A DNA stretch of 32,000 nucleotides from Promethearchaeota archaeon (GTDB taxonomy: Archaea > Asgardarchaeota > Hermodarchaeia > Hermodarchaeales > Hermodarchaeaceae): positions 69,761 through 101,760 of the forward strand of contig JBHLMI010000006.1 in the NCBI GenBank assembly GCA_048938295.1. Direction: 5' to 3'. Positions 17,829 through 26,395 of the stretch are shown piece after piece (position 1 is the stretch's first letter; the number at the start of each line of letters is the position of its first letter). The notes beneath the pieces are model-generated. The model did no database searches. It saw only the letters and a program-made list of their open reading frames with translations, and was not told the DNA's origin. Both the position numbers and the translations under genes were made by a program.

Positions 17829-18563
17829 TTGCTGCTTTTCATTCATGAAACCCCGGTACATTTTGCCGTTGTTCTGCTGATTTGTGCGATAACCTTTGTT
17901 TCACTGCTACTTGCGATTCTCTCTGTGAGTCGGGCTGAAGGCACAACGCGTTGGACGCGATTATTTGGGTTATTGTTTGTGTTGTCGATTTTTCTAATGT
18001 ATCTTGTATTTGCGATCTCCATGGCTGTGTTGCCAGCAACTGCAGGTGTTGTTGAACTACTTCCGTTTTACCTTGTGATTTGGGGATTTGCGGGGCTCAA
18101 TGGTTTTTTCATTATATTGTTCTGTCTGGGCGCTCGCTTCCTCAATGAACGAAAATGGCTATTGCTGCTCATTGTATTAGGTGGCGCAGTATATGTGGTT
18201 CTGCTCTTTCTTCTTCCGACTCCATTCACGGTGTTCACCGTTTCGGATGGCTGGCTCAATTACATTGCCATGCCTTTGGTCTTGGTGATGTACGCCTTTT
18301 TCCTTGGGACTATCTACATGTGCTTGATTCCCTTATACGTTAGCATCCAGCTAAACAATCGGATGGAGGGATCTGCAAAGCGTGGCTTATGGATTGGATG
18401 GATAGGGCTCTTTTTATCATTTCTTGGAGCCGTACTGATTTCAGCTGTGCAGTTCACTGTTGCGTTTATTCTGTTTGTCTTTGCACTCGTTGCCATAGCA
18501 TGGGTGCTAAACATACTAGGCATTGTCCTTGCAGGCCTTCACACGAAACCATTAGCAGAATAA
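17829..18563 (+). CDS. Stand-alone 7-TM membrane protein, paralog 2
   Basis: Colinear with 16964-17677: LPATA..ELxPxYL, VSDGxLNxIxMP, EGSxK..WIGWxG, VQxT. Confidence 0.8.
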   Translation: MLLFIHETPVHFAVVLLICAITFVSLLLAILSVSRAEGTTRWTRLFGLLFVLSIFLMYLVFAISMAVLPATAGVVELLPFYLVIWGFAGLNGFFIILFCLGARFLNERKWLLLLIVLGGAVYVVLLFLLPTPFTVFTVSDGWLNYIAMPLVLVMYAFFLGTIYMCLIPLYVSIQLNNRMEGSAKRGLWIGWIGLFLSFLGAVLISAVQFTVAFILFVFALVAIAWVLNILGIVLAGLHTKPLAE

Positions 18564-19128
18564 TGTCAGAGTGGGATTCGATTATCACATTGCATATGGT
18601 CTCAGGAGAAAAGGTGGAGGTGCCCGACAAAGGGTGCGGGCACATCCCTGTGTGATCATCCCCCTACACCCCCGATAGGAGGGGGGTAACTCAGACACAG
18701 GACGCTCGTCAGTTCCGGGAACCTAGAAAAAATTTCTGAGGTTCGGACAACGGGAGGAGGGATTTGGGAGGACAGAATTGGAGGGCTCCCCGGGTGGGAG
18801 GCGTTTTTCGAGGTGCCCGGATATTCACGTCGCGTCCAGGGTGCTTCCCGGAGTCTGTGTTACCAAGTAAGTCTAATTATTGAGTGGTGATTGCGTAGTT
18901 CCGGTGGTGGAAACGGCGCATTTGCGTAGAAAATGTGATATTATGGCTGTGAAAAAGTAGGTTATTGTGAAATGATTTCGCGCAAGCGCGTGGTTTGGTA
19001 TCTTCTTAAAAGTGTTACATTTCCTCAGGTTGCGGGGGATGAGATTTTGTGGTTTTCAAAGAAAGGACAAAGCATATCAGCATCCGATTCAGGTGAATAC
19101 TGGGTATCGTGCAACGGCGGGTGGACGT

Positions 19129-20235
19129 GTGACGTTTAAACCCTCAGTACTAGAAGATCATGGCGCGTGGTTGCTTATCAAACGGTTATTGGATGGGACC
19201 ATCGGGGAATTAGTCCCAGTATTTGACGTGACAGCACCATACGGGTTTCGGTATCCCGAGGCCGAGAAGGTACTAGAAGCAGATCCAAAGGACACCGTAG
19301 ATCGGCTGGAGGGATTACGTCGTGCTGGTATTTTGGAAGGGAAGTTATCGGAGTCGATTTTCACATGTAGCGAGTGTTCTTCGCCAGACTTGCATCCCCA
19401 ATCCCAATGTCCATCATGTGCGAAGAACCGTTTGGTTCACCAGCCGGTGATTGAACATTTCAGCTGTGGGTTCATTGGACCACGAACAGAGTTTGAAAGT
19501 GAGAAAGGATTACGGTGCCCGTCATGTAGGGAATTCTTAAGCGCTGAACAGCAGGACTACAAATCTGAAGAAGCCTTTCAATGCCTAGACTGTAAAACGG
19601 TAAGTGCCCAGCCCCGGTTGGTATTTCGGTGTTTTCAGTGTCAGAATACTGCTGAGCCATCTGTAATGACGGAACAAGCCATCTATGTCTACCATTTGAA
19701 CATAAAGCATCGTGGGGATATCATTCACTATCTGGGGTTTCATCCAACTCCTGAAGCTGAAAAACCTTCTCGGCGAAAGCATCGTGCCGATTTGGATGAT
19801 ATGGATCGACGGATTCTGAACATCCTACAACGAGATGCACGATTGTCTTTTCGAAACATCGCTCGCCGATTGAAGGTTAGTGATGCCACCGTTCGAAGTC
19901 GGGTTTCTCGCCTCGAGCAGAATAATGTGATTAAGGGCTTTACAACCTTGGTTGACCCCCAACAGGTGGGGATGGAAGTAATTGCACTGATTCAATTGGA
20001 AGTGGATGCCAAGCTGTTAACGAAACTGAACACAGACCTACAGACAGTAGAAGAAGTTAAGCTGGTACTGGAAACCGGGGACCGGGCTAATATGATTCTA
20101 CTTACAAGCTTTGTGTCACGTGACACTTTGAACTCGTTCTTAGATAGCCATATTCGGGGACGCCAGGGCGTTCAATTGGTTTCTGTCACCCTGGCATTGG
20201 GGATAAGGAAATATGATTGGATGATTCAGCTGTAG
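19129..20235 (+). CDS. TackOD1-like (wHTH + zinc-ribbon) domain fused to an Lrp/AsnC regulator
   Basis: FRYPEAEKVL...LEGLRRAGIL, then CSEC, CPSC, IEHFSCGFIG, CPSC, DY, CLDC, CFQC. C-terminal DDMDRRILNILQRDARLSFRNIARRLKVSDATVRSRVSRLEQNNVIKGFTTLVDP plus a RAM domain. GTG 19129 is preferred over 19012. Confidence 0.85.
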   Translation: MTFKPSVLEDHGAWLLIKRLLDGTIGELVPVFDVTAPYGFRYPEAEKVLEADPKDTVDRLEGLRRAGILEGKLSESIFTCSECSSPDLHPQSQCPSCAKNRLVHQPVIEHFSCGFIGPRTEFESEKGLRCPSCREFLSAEQQDYKSEEAFQCLDCKTVSAQPRLVFRCFQCQNTAEPSVMTEQAIYVYHLNIKHRGDIIHYLGFHPTPEAEKPSRRKHRADLDDMDRRILNILQRDARLSFRNIARRLKVSDATVRSRVSRLEQNNVIKGFTTLVDPQQVGMEVIALIQLEVDAKLLTKLNTDLQTVEEVKLVLETGDRANMILLTSFVSRDTLNSFLDSHIRGRQGVQLVSVTLALGIRKYDWMIQL

Positions 20236-20293
20236 AATTGGGAACCCCTTATTCTTGTAGGGAAATTCTGGTGGTCGGCGATAACCTTTTTGA

Positions 20294-21133
20294 ATGGATA
20301 TGAGTCCATATCATAGCAGGAAAAAGACCCGCCTTGAGGCGTTGCAAGTGTCAGATCTCTATAAATTACTGGAAGAAGGCGAGGTTCAGAAGGCCTTAGA
20401 GCTGGTCAACGAGGACGAAGATGCATGGCAAGACCTTATGGAATTGCTTGAAGATACAGATGAATCGATGCAGCGTTTTGCTTTTGAAATCGCTTCAAAA
20501 TCTGGCGACAATCCACTACTTCTTGAAGCGTTGCCAATGCTTATCAGCGGGCTTAATAGTGATGAGGATGACATTTGTCGGTATGCTGCAGAAGCACTTT
20601 ATTACTTAGGTCCCGATGCAGCGGATGCAGCTGAAGCCCTCTCAAATCTATTGAGTCATGATGATGACGACGTACGACGCGCTTCAGCCCGAGTTTTTAC
20701 AAACATGGGAACCACAGCATTGGTAGCTAAGGAGCAGCTGATTGAAGCCCTCAATGATAGCGATGAGGTCGTCCGAGGAGAAGCAGCGCTGGCTATCGCG
20801 AATCTAGGCAAAGATGCATCTGAAGCAGTCCCAGTTCTAATCAACATGTTATCGGACGAAGAGGAATTTATCCACGAGAATAAGGGTATGGAGGTTCGAC
20901 TGGCAGCCCAGAAAGCTTTGGAGCGAATCGGCCCTGATGCGATTCCTGGACTCCTTGAAGCATTACGAGCAGACCGACCCGAACAGCGCGCGATTGCAGT
21001 CACAGCATTGGGAGCAATGGAATCATTGCCAGAAGAAGCCGCCAAAGATATTGAAGATGCAACGCTAGATCCTGATGAGACGGTGCAGACTGCAGCAAAG
21101 AATGCGCTAAAGCGAATTAAGGCACAGAAATAG
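20294..21133 (+). CDS. HEAT-repeat (PBS lyase-like) protein
   Basis: Repeated L..L.D.D..VR..AA.AL..LG units (SDEDDICRYAAEAL, HDDDDVRRASARVF, DSDEVVRGEAALAI, DPDETVQTAAKNAL); acidic. Confidence 0.88.
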   Translation: MDMSPYHSRKKTRLEALQVSDLYKLLEEGEVQKALELVNEDEDAWQDLMELLEDTDESMQRFAFEIASKSGDNPLLLEALPMLISGLNSDEDDICRYAAEALYYLGPDAADAAEALSNLLSHDDDDVRRASARVFTNMGTTALVAKEQLIEALNDSDEVVRGEAALAIANLGKDASEAVPVLINMLSDEEEFIHENKGMEVRLAAQKALERIGPDAIPGLLEALRADRPEQRAIAVTALGAMESLPEEAAKDIEDATLDPDETVQTAAKNALKRIKAQK

Positions 21134-21623
21134 CAGAGCTCAACTTATTGTTCGAACCCCCTTCTTCTTCATTCTCATTCTCTGTAAACTCTCGACGATC
21201 AATGAAGAAGAAGATGGCAAGGAAGATGAGAACTCCGACCAAGACTGGAATCTTTACAACGAATGAAACAGGCGAGATGAGATACCAGGACAACGCAAAA
21301 CCGGTGGGGAGTGCAGTCCAGAACCGGATGCCATTTCGGCTTTCACGTAAAGCAAGTCTTTGAGTTGTCCAATCCAAGATTGCAGGCAATGAGATGAAGA
21401 TAGCAACAAGTGTAGTGCCGAGGTCACCGAGACTATAGAAGATAGGAAAATAGAGGAGCATGGCAAAGGAGATGATAAAACCGAGTAGAATCCCAAGATA
21501 TAGACCCGAACACCGGGCGCACACGTAATAGATCTGATTATCGAGTTTTACTTTAAATGCGTGGATCTTCTTATGATAGAAGAAGCTAAGAATGGGACCC
21601 AGAATTCGTTTTTTGAGACTCAT
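21117..21623 (-). CDS. DUF2085-like membrane protein
   Basis: H...YYVCARCSGLYLG...PAILDWTTQ..RESRNGIRFWTA..G pattern. Its 3' end overlaps the convergent HEAT gene by 17 nt. Confidence 0.75.
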   Translation of the reverse strand: MSLKKRILGPILSFFYHKKIHAFKVKLDNQIYYVCARCSGLYLGILLGFIISFAMLLYFPIFYSLGDLGTTLVAIFISLPAILDWTTQRLALRESRNGIRFWTALPTGFALSWYLISPVSFVVKIPVLVGVLIFLAIFFFIDRREFTENENEEEGGSNNKLSSAISVP

Positions 21624-21646
21624 CGCGCAATCACTTAACCGTATGC

Positions 21647-22399
21647 TTAGGAGAGGTTTTGGGGGCAGATGGGTGGAAGATTGCGTTTGTGTTCATTGTC
21701 GGTAATTCGCTTCTTGAAATGAGTGATTTGTACTTCTGTTAACCCCTTGGGAGTTTTCCCTGCGACAAGGTCATCGAGCCGTTCATAGCTGGCCCCGAGT
21801 TCACCCTCATCGGTTTGCCCAGGCCACAATCCAGGAGTTGGAATTTTAGTTAATATTTTTTCAGGTAGACCTAGGTGTGCGCCGAGTCCTTGGACTTCAC
21901 GTTTCAAGAGCGCCCCTAGGGGAAGTAAGTCCACAGCTCCATCACCATACTTTGTAAAGAATCCAAGTGCCAGTTCAGTTCGGTTGCCCGTGCCCACCAC
22001 AAGTCGATTACGTTGATTAGCTTCATAATATAATGCTACCATTCGAAGACGAGCCTTAATGTTCGCTAAGGGGATTGTTGTTGGCGTTTCTGTAGAAAGA
22101 CCCAGAGCTAGAAGTAAGGAATTGTAAGTTGCGGTGAGATCATAGGTTTCATGATCGATATTGAATTGTTCTGCAATGGCTTGTGCATCTGGAGCAGCGT
22201 CTTCAGGTGTGTGACCACAGGGCAAGATAAGCCCCAAAGTAGCATCTGAGACTCGACGACATAAGACAGCAGTGACACTAGAATCAACACCACCCGAAAT
22301 CGCGACGACAAAACCTGTGCAACCACTCTGCTCAAGATGTTCCTGCAACCATTTCAATATTCTTTTTTCGATCTTTGCAAAATTTGGTTTGGACTCCAT
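21647..22399 (-). CDS. nadE: NH3-dependent NAD+ synthetase
   Basis: VAISGGVDSS, ANIKARLRM, VGTGNRTE...GFFTKYGDG, PTPGLWPGQTDE; no glutaminase domain. Confidence 0.95.
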   Translation of the reverse strand: MESKPNFAKIEKRILKWLQEHLEQSGCTGFVVAISGGVDSSVTAVLCRRVSDATLGLILPCGHTPEDAAPDAQAIAEQFNIDHETYDLTATYNSLLLALGLSTETPTTIPLANIKARLRMVALYYEANQRNRLVVGTGNRTELALGFFTKYGDGAVDLLPLGALLKREVQGLGAHLGLPEKILTKIPTPGLWPGQTDEGELGASYERLDDLVAGKTPKGLTEVQITHFKKRITDNEHKRNLPPICPQNLS

Positions 22400-22407
22400 G
22401 TTCTGAT

Positions 22408-23310
22408 TCAGCCTCCAGGCGTAGTTTTCTTTTGGATGGGTGTTATATCGATGCTTAGATCAAGCGCGCGAACGGAGTGGGTTAGCCATCCCACTGAGAT
22501 GACATCAACACCCGTCCTGGCGTATTCAGCGATGTTTTCAGGCGTAATGTTTCCTGACGCTTCAAGGAGAATGGTGGGATGCGATTTGCGAAGAGATGAG
22601 GCGACTTTTTTGATTTCACTGGGTAACATGTTGTCTAAAAGAATGGTATCAGGTTTAGCATCAGCTACTGAAATTGCATCGTTAACATTCGTGACTTCCA
22701 CTTCAATGGATGTAGAGAAACTTGAACTGATTTTCGCCTGATGCACGGCTTCTCTAGGAGTCGAGTAGAAGGCAAGATGATTATCTTTTATCAAGATAGC
22801 ATCATCAAGTCGCCAGCGATGAGGATCCCCCCCTCCCATAATAACAGCAAGTTTATCAAATAGCCGAAGAAGCGGAGCTGTTTTCCGTGTGGCAGCGACC
22901 CGTATGCTGGGATTGACTTTACGGGCGATGGCTAAAAGATTCGCCGTTGCTGTTGCAATACCGCTCATCCGTTGGAGTAAATTTAAGAGTGTACGCTCAA
23001 GAGTGAGAAGAATAGAAGCACGACCATCAGCGGTGAGCAAGGTCATATCAGTCTGAACAGCTGTACCATCTTTTTGCTTTTGCTTAACAAAACACCCAAA
23101 GTCCTGCAGCACAATGGCAGCGATATTGAGTCCTGCAATGACTCCGGCTTGCCGTGTGAAGAGCCGTGCATGTGCTGGGTGACTAGTAGGAACCAACGCA
23201 TTGGTAGTAATGTCCCCGAAGCCGACATCTTCCTCCAGCATCTCATAGAACCGTTGAAGAACTAGCTGTGAGGGCAGTTCAGGTAAAAAGTATGGAGGGG
23301 GTTTTACCAT
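22408..23310 (-). CDS. nadC: Quinolinate phosphoribosyltransferase
   Basis: EDVGFGDITT, LERTLLNLLQRMSGIAT, ATRKT, HRWRLDDAILIKDNH, IEVEV, ILLDNM, EASGNI, VDVISVG. The start may instead be 23316. Confidence 0.95.
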   Translation of the reverse strand: MVKPPPYFLPELPSQLVLQRFYEMLEEDVGFGDITTNALVPTSHPAHARLFTRQAGVIAGLNIAAIVLQDFGCFVKQKQKDGTAVQTDMTLLTADGRASILLTLERTLLNLLQRMSGIATATANLLAIARKVNPSIRVAATRKTAPLLRLFDKLAVIMGGGDPHRWRLDDAILIKDNHLAFYSTPREAVHQAKISSSFSTSIEVEVTNVNDAISVADAKPDTILLDNMLPSEIKKVASSLRKSHPTILLEASGNITPENIAEYARTGVDVISVGWLTHSVRALDLSIDITPIQKKTTPGG

Positions 23311-23381
23311 TAGCATTCACTAGGATATGCTAGGTTTTGACTGCTTCTAAAAACCTTCTCTCTACAAGATTTATCAACAAG

Positions 23382-24305
23382 TCAACTTGTTAGGTCCAGC
23401 ATCCGCTGAATCGCCACTCGTGCCTTATCGGCGATAGATTTCGGTACAGTGACTTGGTATTGGTTGTTGATTAAACTGGCTTTAACTTTCTCCAGAGTGA
23501 TTTTTTTCATAGCTTTACAAATGGCATAATCCAATGCAGGAATGAAGGTTTTTTCGGGCATCTCTTTATGCATTCGGCTGACAAGATCTACCTCCGTACA
23601 AATAATGAAGGTGTCATTTGGACTATCACGGGCGTATTGGAGCATCTGACCTGTGGATCCAATGAAGTCAGCTTGCTCTTGGATATTCCAAGCACATTCA
23701 GGATGAACGAGTAGCTTGGCGTTGGGATAGGTTTCTTTCCATAGGAGAACTTGGGGATCAAAACTGAATGTCACATGCACGTGGCAGAAGCCATAGTCTG
23801 GAATAGGAATCACTTCGTATCCGCAAACATGATGGGCGTATTCAGCCATATTCCCATCCGGTCCAAAGAGAACCGGGTTAGTATCAAGGGCCTTCAAGAT
23901 AGTGCATAAATTTGATGAGGTGCAGATGACATCAGCTTCGGCTTTCGCTTCTGCAGTAGTATTCACATATAGGACAACAGGAACCCCAGGATGCCGCTTT
24001 TTCGCCTCCTGAATGAGATCAGCAGGCAATTGTGCAGCCATGGGACACCTGGCTGAGGGATCAGGGATCAGGACACGTTTGTCGGGATTGAGGATGGTGG
24101 CTGTTTCGGCCATAAACCGAACCCCACAGAAAAGAATCGTATCAGCTTCAATTTGTTGGGCTCGTTGACATAACCCAAAACTATCCCCCAAATAATCAGC
24201 AATGGCTTGAATTTCTGGGGGCTGATAATTGTGGGCGAAAATGATCGTGTTATTTGCCTTAGCCAAACGCTGAATGTCTTTTTGAAGAGGAGTAAGGGAG
24301 CCCAT
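23382..24305 (-). CDS. nadA: Quinolinate synthase A
   Basis: AHNYQ, GDS, FCGVRFMAETA, ARCPMA, YVNT, CTSSN, CHVH, HPEC, GST, CKAMKK. ATG 24305 is preferred. Confidence 0.95.
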   Translation of the reverse strand: MGSLTPLQKDIQRLAKANNTIIFAHNYQPPEIQAIADYLGDSFGLCQRAQQIEADTILFCGVRFMAETATILNPDKRVLIPDPSARCPMAAQLPADLIQEAKKRHPGVPVVLYVNTTAEAKAEADVICTSSNLCTILKALDTNPVLFGPDGNMAEYAHHVCGYEVIPIPDYGFCHVHVTFSFDPQVLLWKETYPNAKLLVHPECAWNIQEQADFIGSTGQMLQYARDSPNDTFIICTEVDLVSRMHKEMPEKTFIPALDYAICKAMKKITLEKVKASLINNQYQVTVPKSIADKARVAIQRMLDLTS

Positions 24306-24420
24306 ACGGTTGCCGCCATTCGATTTCAATTCAAGATAGTGAAGCAAAAATCCCCGCACCACCCTCTCCTATAAGCCTTTGTCTTGAAATGCTGTCGGAA
24401 GCTTTTTGAGGTAACACCAG

Positions 24421-24440
24421 GCAGAGGGTATATAATCTGC
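24421..24440 (+). promoter_or_regulatory. TATA box flanked by an inverted repeat in the nadA / ABC-operon divergent spacer
   Basis: GCAGA-gggTATATAA-TCTGC, 20 nt upstream of ATG 24460. Confidence 0.4.
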
Positions 24441-24459
24441 TTTGGGAGTACAAAAAACT

Positions 24460-25014
24460 ATGACTGATAAGCCATCACGAGAGTCAAATCTCAGCCGTCT
24501 TTTCTCTGGAGCTACAACAGCCACTTTTATCATCCAGCTTCTAACCATCCTGCTCCTCATTGGCGCCCTCGTTGGCTACGCACTTTGGTTTATCGGATTT
24601 TGGGCTCTGATTAGGAACAACCAAGATATCGTCATCTTTCTTTTACTAGTTGGTGGTGCCATTGCATTCGCAATCTTTATGCTCTTTTTTGGCTTCTTTA
24701 TCCGAACCCTAGGACGTGTGAAGCACTTCGTTCTGGGTAAAGGAATTGGCACTGTTACAGGTGGCGATGGGCAAATCATTCTCATGCTCTTTGCATTCTC
24801 AGTTGTCTTCTTTACGCTAGCGGGTATCTATGCCATCTATTTGCTGTGGAAGTATCTTTTCCCCTATTTATTCAGCATTACAAACTCAATTTATCCCAAC
24901 ATCATTATCCTTTGTATCGCGATCCTCATTGTGACCGGGATAATTCAACTTGCCACCCGAATGGTCAGCCGATATGCACAACACGTCGTTAAGCGAATAA
25001 CAGATGAGAAATAG
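24460..25014 (+). CDS. Hypothetical 4-TM membrane protein
   Basis: Four long hydrophobic segments with an apparent two-fold internal repeat; first gene of the ABC cluster. Confidence 0.75.
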   Translation: MTDKPSRESNLSRLFSGATTATFIIQLLTILLLIGALVGYALWFIGFWALIRNNQDIVIFLLLVGGAIAFAIFMLFFGFFIRTLGRVKHFVLGKGIGTVTGGDGQIILMLFAFSVVFFTLAGIYAIYLLWKYLFPYLFSITNSIYPNIIILCIAILIVTGIIQLATRMVSRYAQHVVKRITDEK

Positions 25015-25092
25015 CCAAGACTGAGGAGTCAAAGCAGTTTTAAGCTGAATTCCAATAGAGAGTAGTGACCATGCATAAGAGGTAGGTCGATT

Positions 25093-25692
25093 ATGGTTCT
25101 TCGGATATTTTTCAAAGCTTGGCGCATCACCATGCGGACAACGCGACGATTTATCGTTTTCCTCGTCGCCTATGCTATATTACTGACCTGGATCGCATTT
25201 ATCATTCGACAATATTACATCACACTCTTCACCCCCCCAGTTAACCCAGCTGTCTTAACATATTTCATGGTGATTATTGGGTGGACCCTTGTGGCTGGAA
25301 CCATAATGGGAATCATCTTCTCTTGGCTACTTGCCCATGGACGACGTGACGATATTGCTACCTTGAAATGTGTCGGATGGTCTAACCATGATATCCGTGA
25401 ATTGGTACTTGGAGAAGTCATCTTCATTACGATTGCTGCCATGATAACCATCGCTGTCCTCGGAGTCCTAGCTACTGGCATTTACGCCGCTGTTGCCATC
25501 ATGTTAAGCTTTGATCCCCTCGGGAATACTGTCATCTTTATTCCCGATGCGCTCCGACTTATCTTGATCAACCCGTTCTTCATGTTGGTTTCCTTTGCCG
25601 CAGTGATGGTGGTACAGTTACCAGGAATTCTCATTCTCCTTTGGCGTTCTCTGCGCATCAGCCCCATGATGGCTCTAACCCGACCTGAATGA
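25093..25692 (+). CDS. FtsX-domain ABC permease (minimal, no large extracytoplasmic domain)
   Basis: RRDDIATLKCVGWSNHDIRELVLGE coupling-helix motif and C-terminal RSLRISPMMALTRPE; 199 aa. Confidence 0.85.
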   Translation: MVLRIFFKAWRITMRTTRRFIVFLVAYAILLTWIAFIIRQYYITLFTPPVNPAVLTYFMVIIGWTLVAGTIMGIIFSWLLAHGRRDDIATLKCVGWSNHDIRELVLGEVIFITIAAMITIAVLGVLATGIYAAVAIMLSFDPLGNTVIFIPDALRLILINPFFMLVSFAAVMVVQLPGILILLWRSLRISPMMALTRPE

Positions 25693-25708
25693 TGGAGGAA
25701 GAAATGAC

Positions 25709-26395
25709 ATGCCAGACGAAATTATTGTTGCACAAAAACTTCAGAAGGAATATCGACGCGGACGTGAGATTATCCACGCCCTTCGTGACATTAACCTCAC
25801 TATCCGATCCGGCGAATTCATTGTTATCGAAGGAAAAAGTGGGTGTGGCAAGACAACGCTTCTTAACGTTTTATCGGGCCTTGACCGCCCTACGGATGGC
25901 CGGATTATCTTTGACCAGATGGACCTCACCGTCATTGATGAACGAATCTTGCCAAAAATCCGACAAGAAAAAATCGGGTTCATCTTCCAACTCTTCAACC
26001 TTATCTCTACCATGACAGTATATGAGAATGTGGCGGCGCCTCTCTGGCCGACAACCCTCAAAGGCAAAGAAATCGAAGATAGAGCAATGGAGGTCATTCG
26101 CGCCGTTGATATGGTGGAACGTAAAGATCACATACCGCGGCAACTCTCCGGCGGCGAGCAACAGCGAACGGCCATCGCCCGAGCTTTAGTCAATAAACCG
26201 AAAGTTGTCTTCGCTGATGAACCCACTGGTGACCTCGACACTAAAACTGGCACATCAATCATGCAGCTTCTTCGCAAACTCAATAAGGATGAAAAAATCA
26301 CCTTCGTCGTTGTAACACATGACCAAGAACTAGTCAAGTATGCTGACAGACATTGGACAATGAGTGATGGAAAGCTGGGTGGAGCTCGTGACTAG
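25709..26395 (+). CDS. LolD/MacB-type ABC ATPase
   Basis: GKSGCGKTT, GFIFQLFNL, LSGGEQQRTAIARAL, ADEPTGDLD, VVTHD. Confidence 0.93.
   Translation: MPDEIIVAQKLQKEYRRGREIIHALRDINLTIRSGEFIVIEGKSGCGKTTLLNVLSGLDRPTDGRIIFDQMDLTVIDERILPKIRQEKIGFIFQLFNLISTMTVYENVAAPLWPTTLKGKEIEDRAMEVIRAVDMVERKDHIPRQLSGGEQQRTAIARALVNKPKVVFADEPTGDLDTKTGTSIMQLLRKLNKDEKITFVVVTHDQELVKYADRHWTMSDGKLGGARD

Noticed and set aside
16964-18563. Microbial rhodopsin or heliorhodopsin
   Set aside because: Neither paralog has a Lys in the seventh helix for a retinal Schiff base.
20294-21133. Deoxyhypusine hydroxylase
   Set aside because: It lacks the repeated His-Glu di-iron motifs within the HEAT helices. It is a generic HEAT repeat.
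23332-23356. AGGTTTT/AAAACCT inverted repeat between nadA and nadC
   Set aside because: It is a weak AT-rich stem with an 11-nt loop and does not match any NAD-regulator box I can name with confidence.
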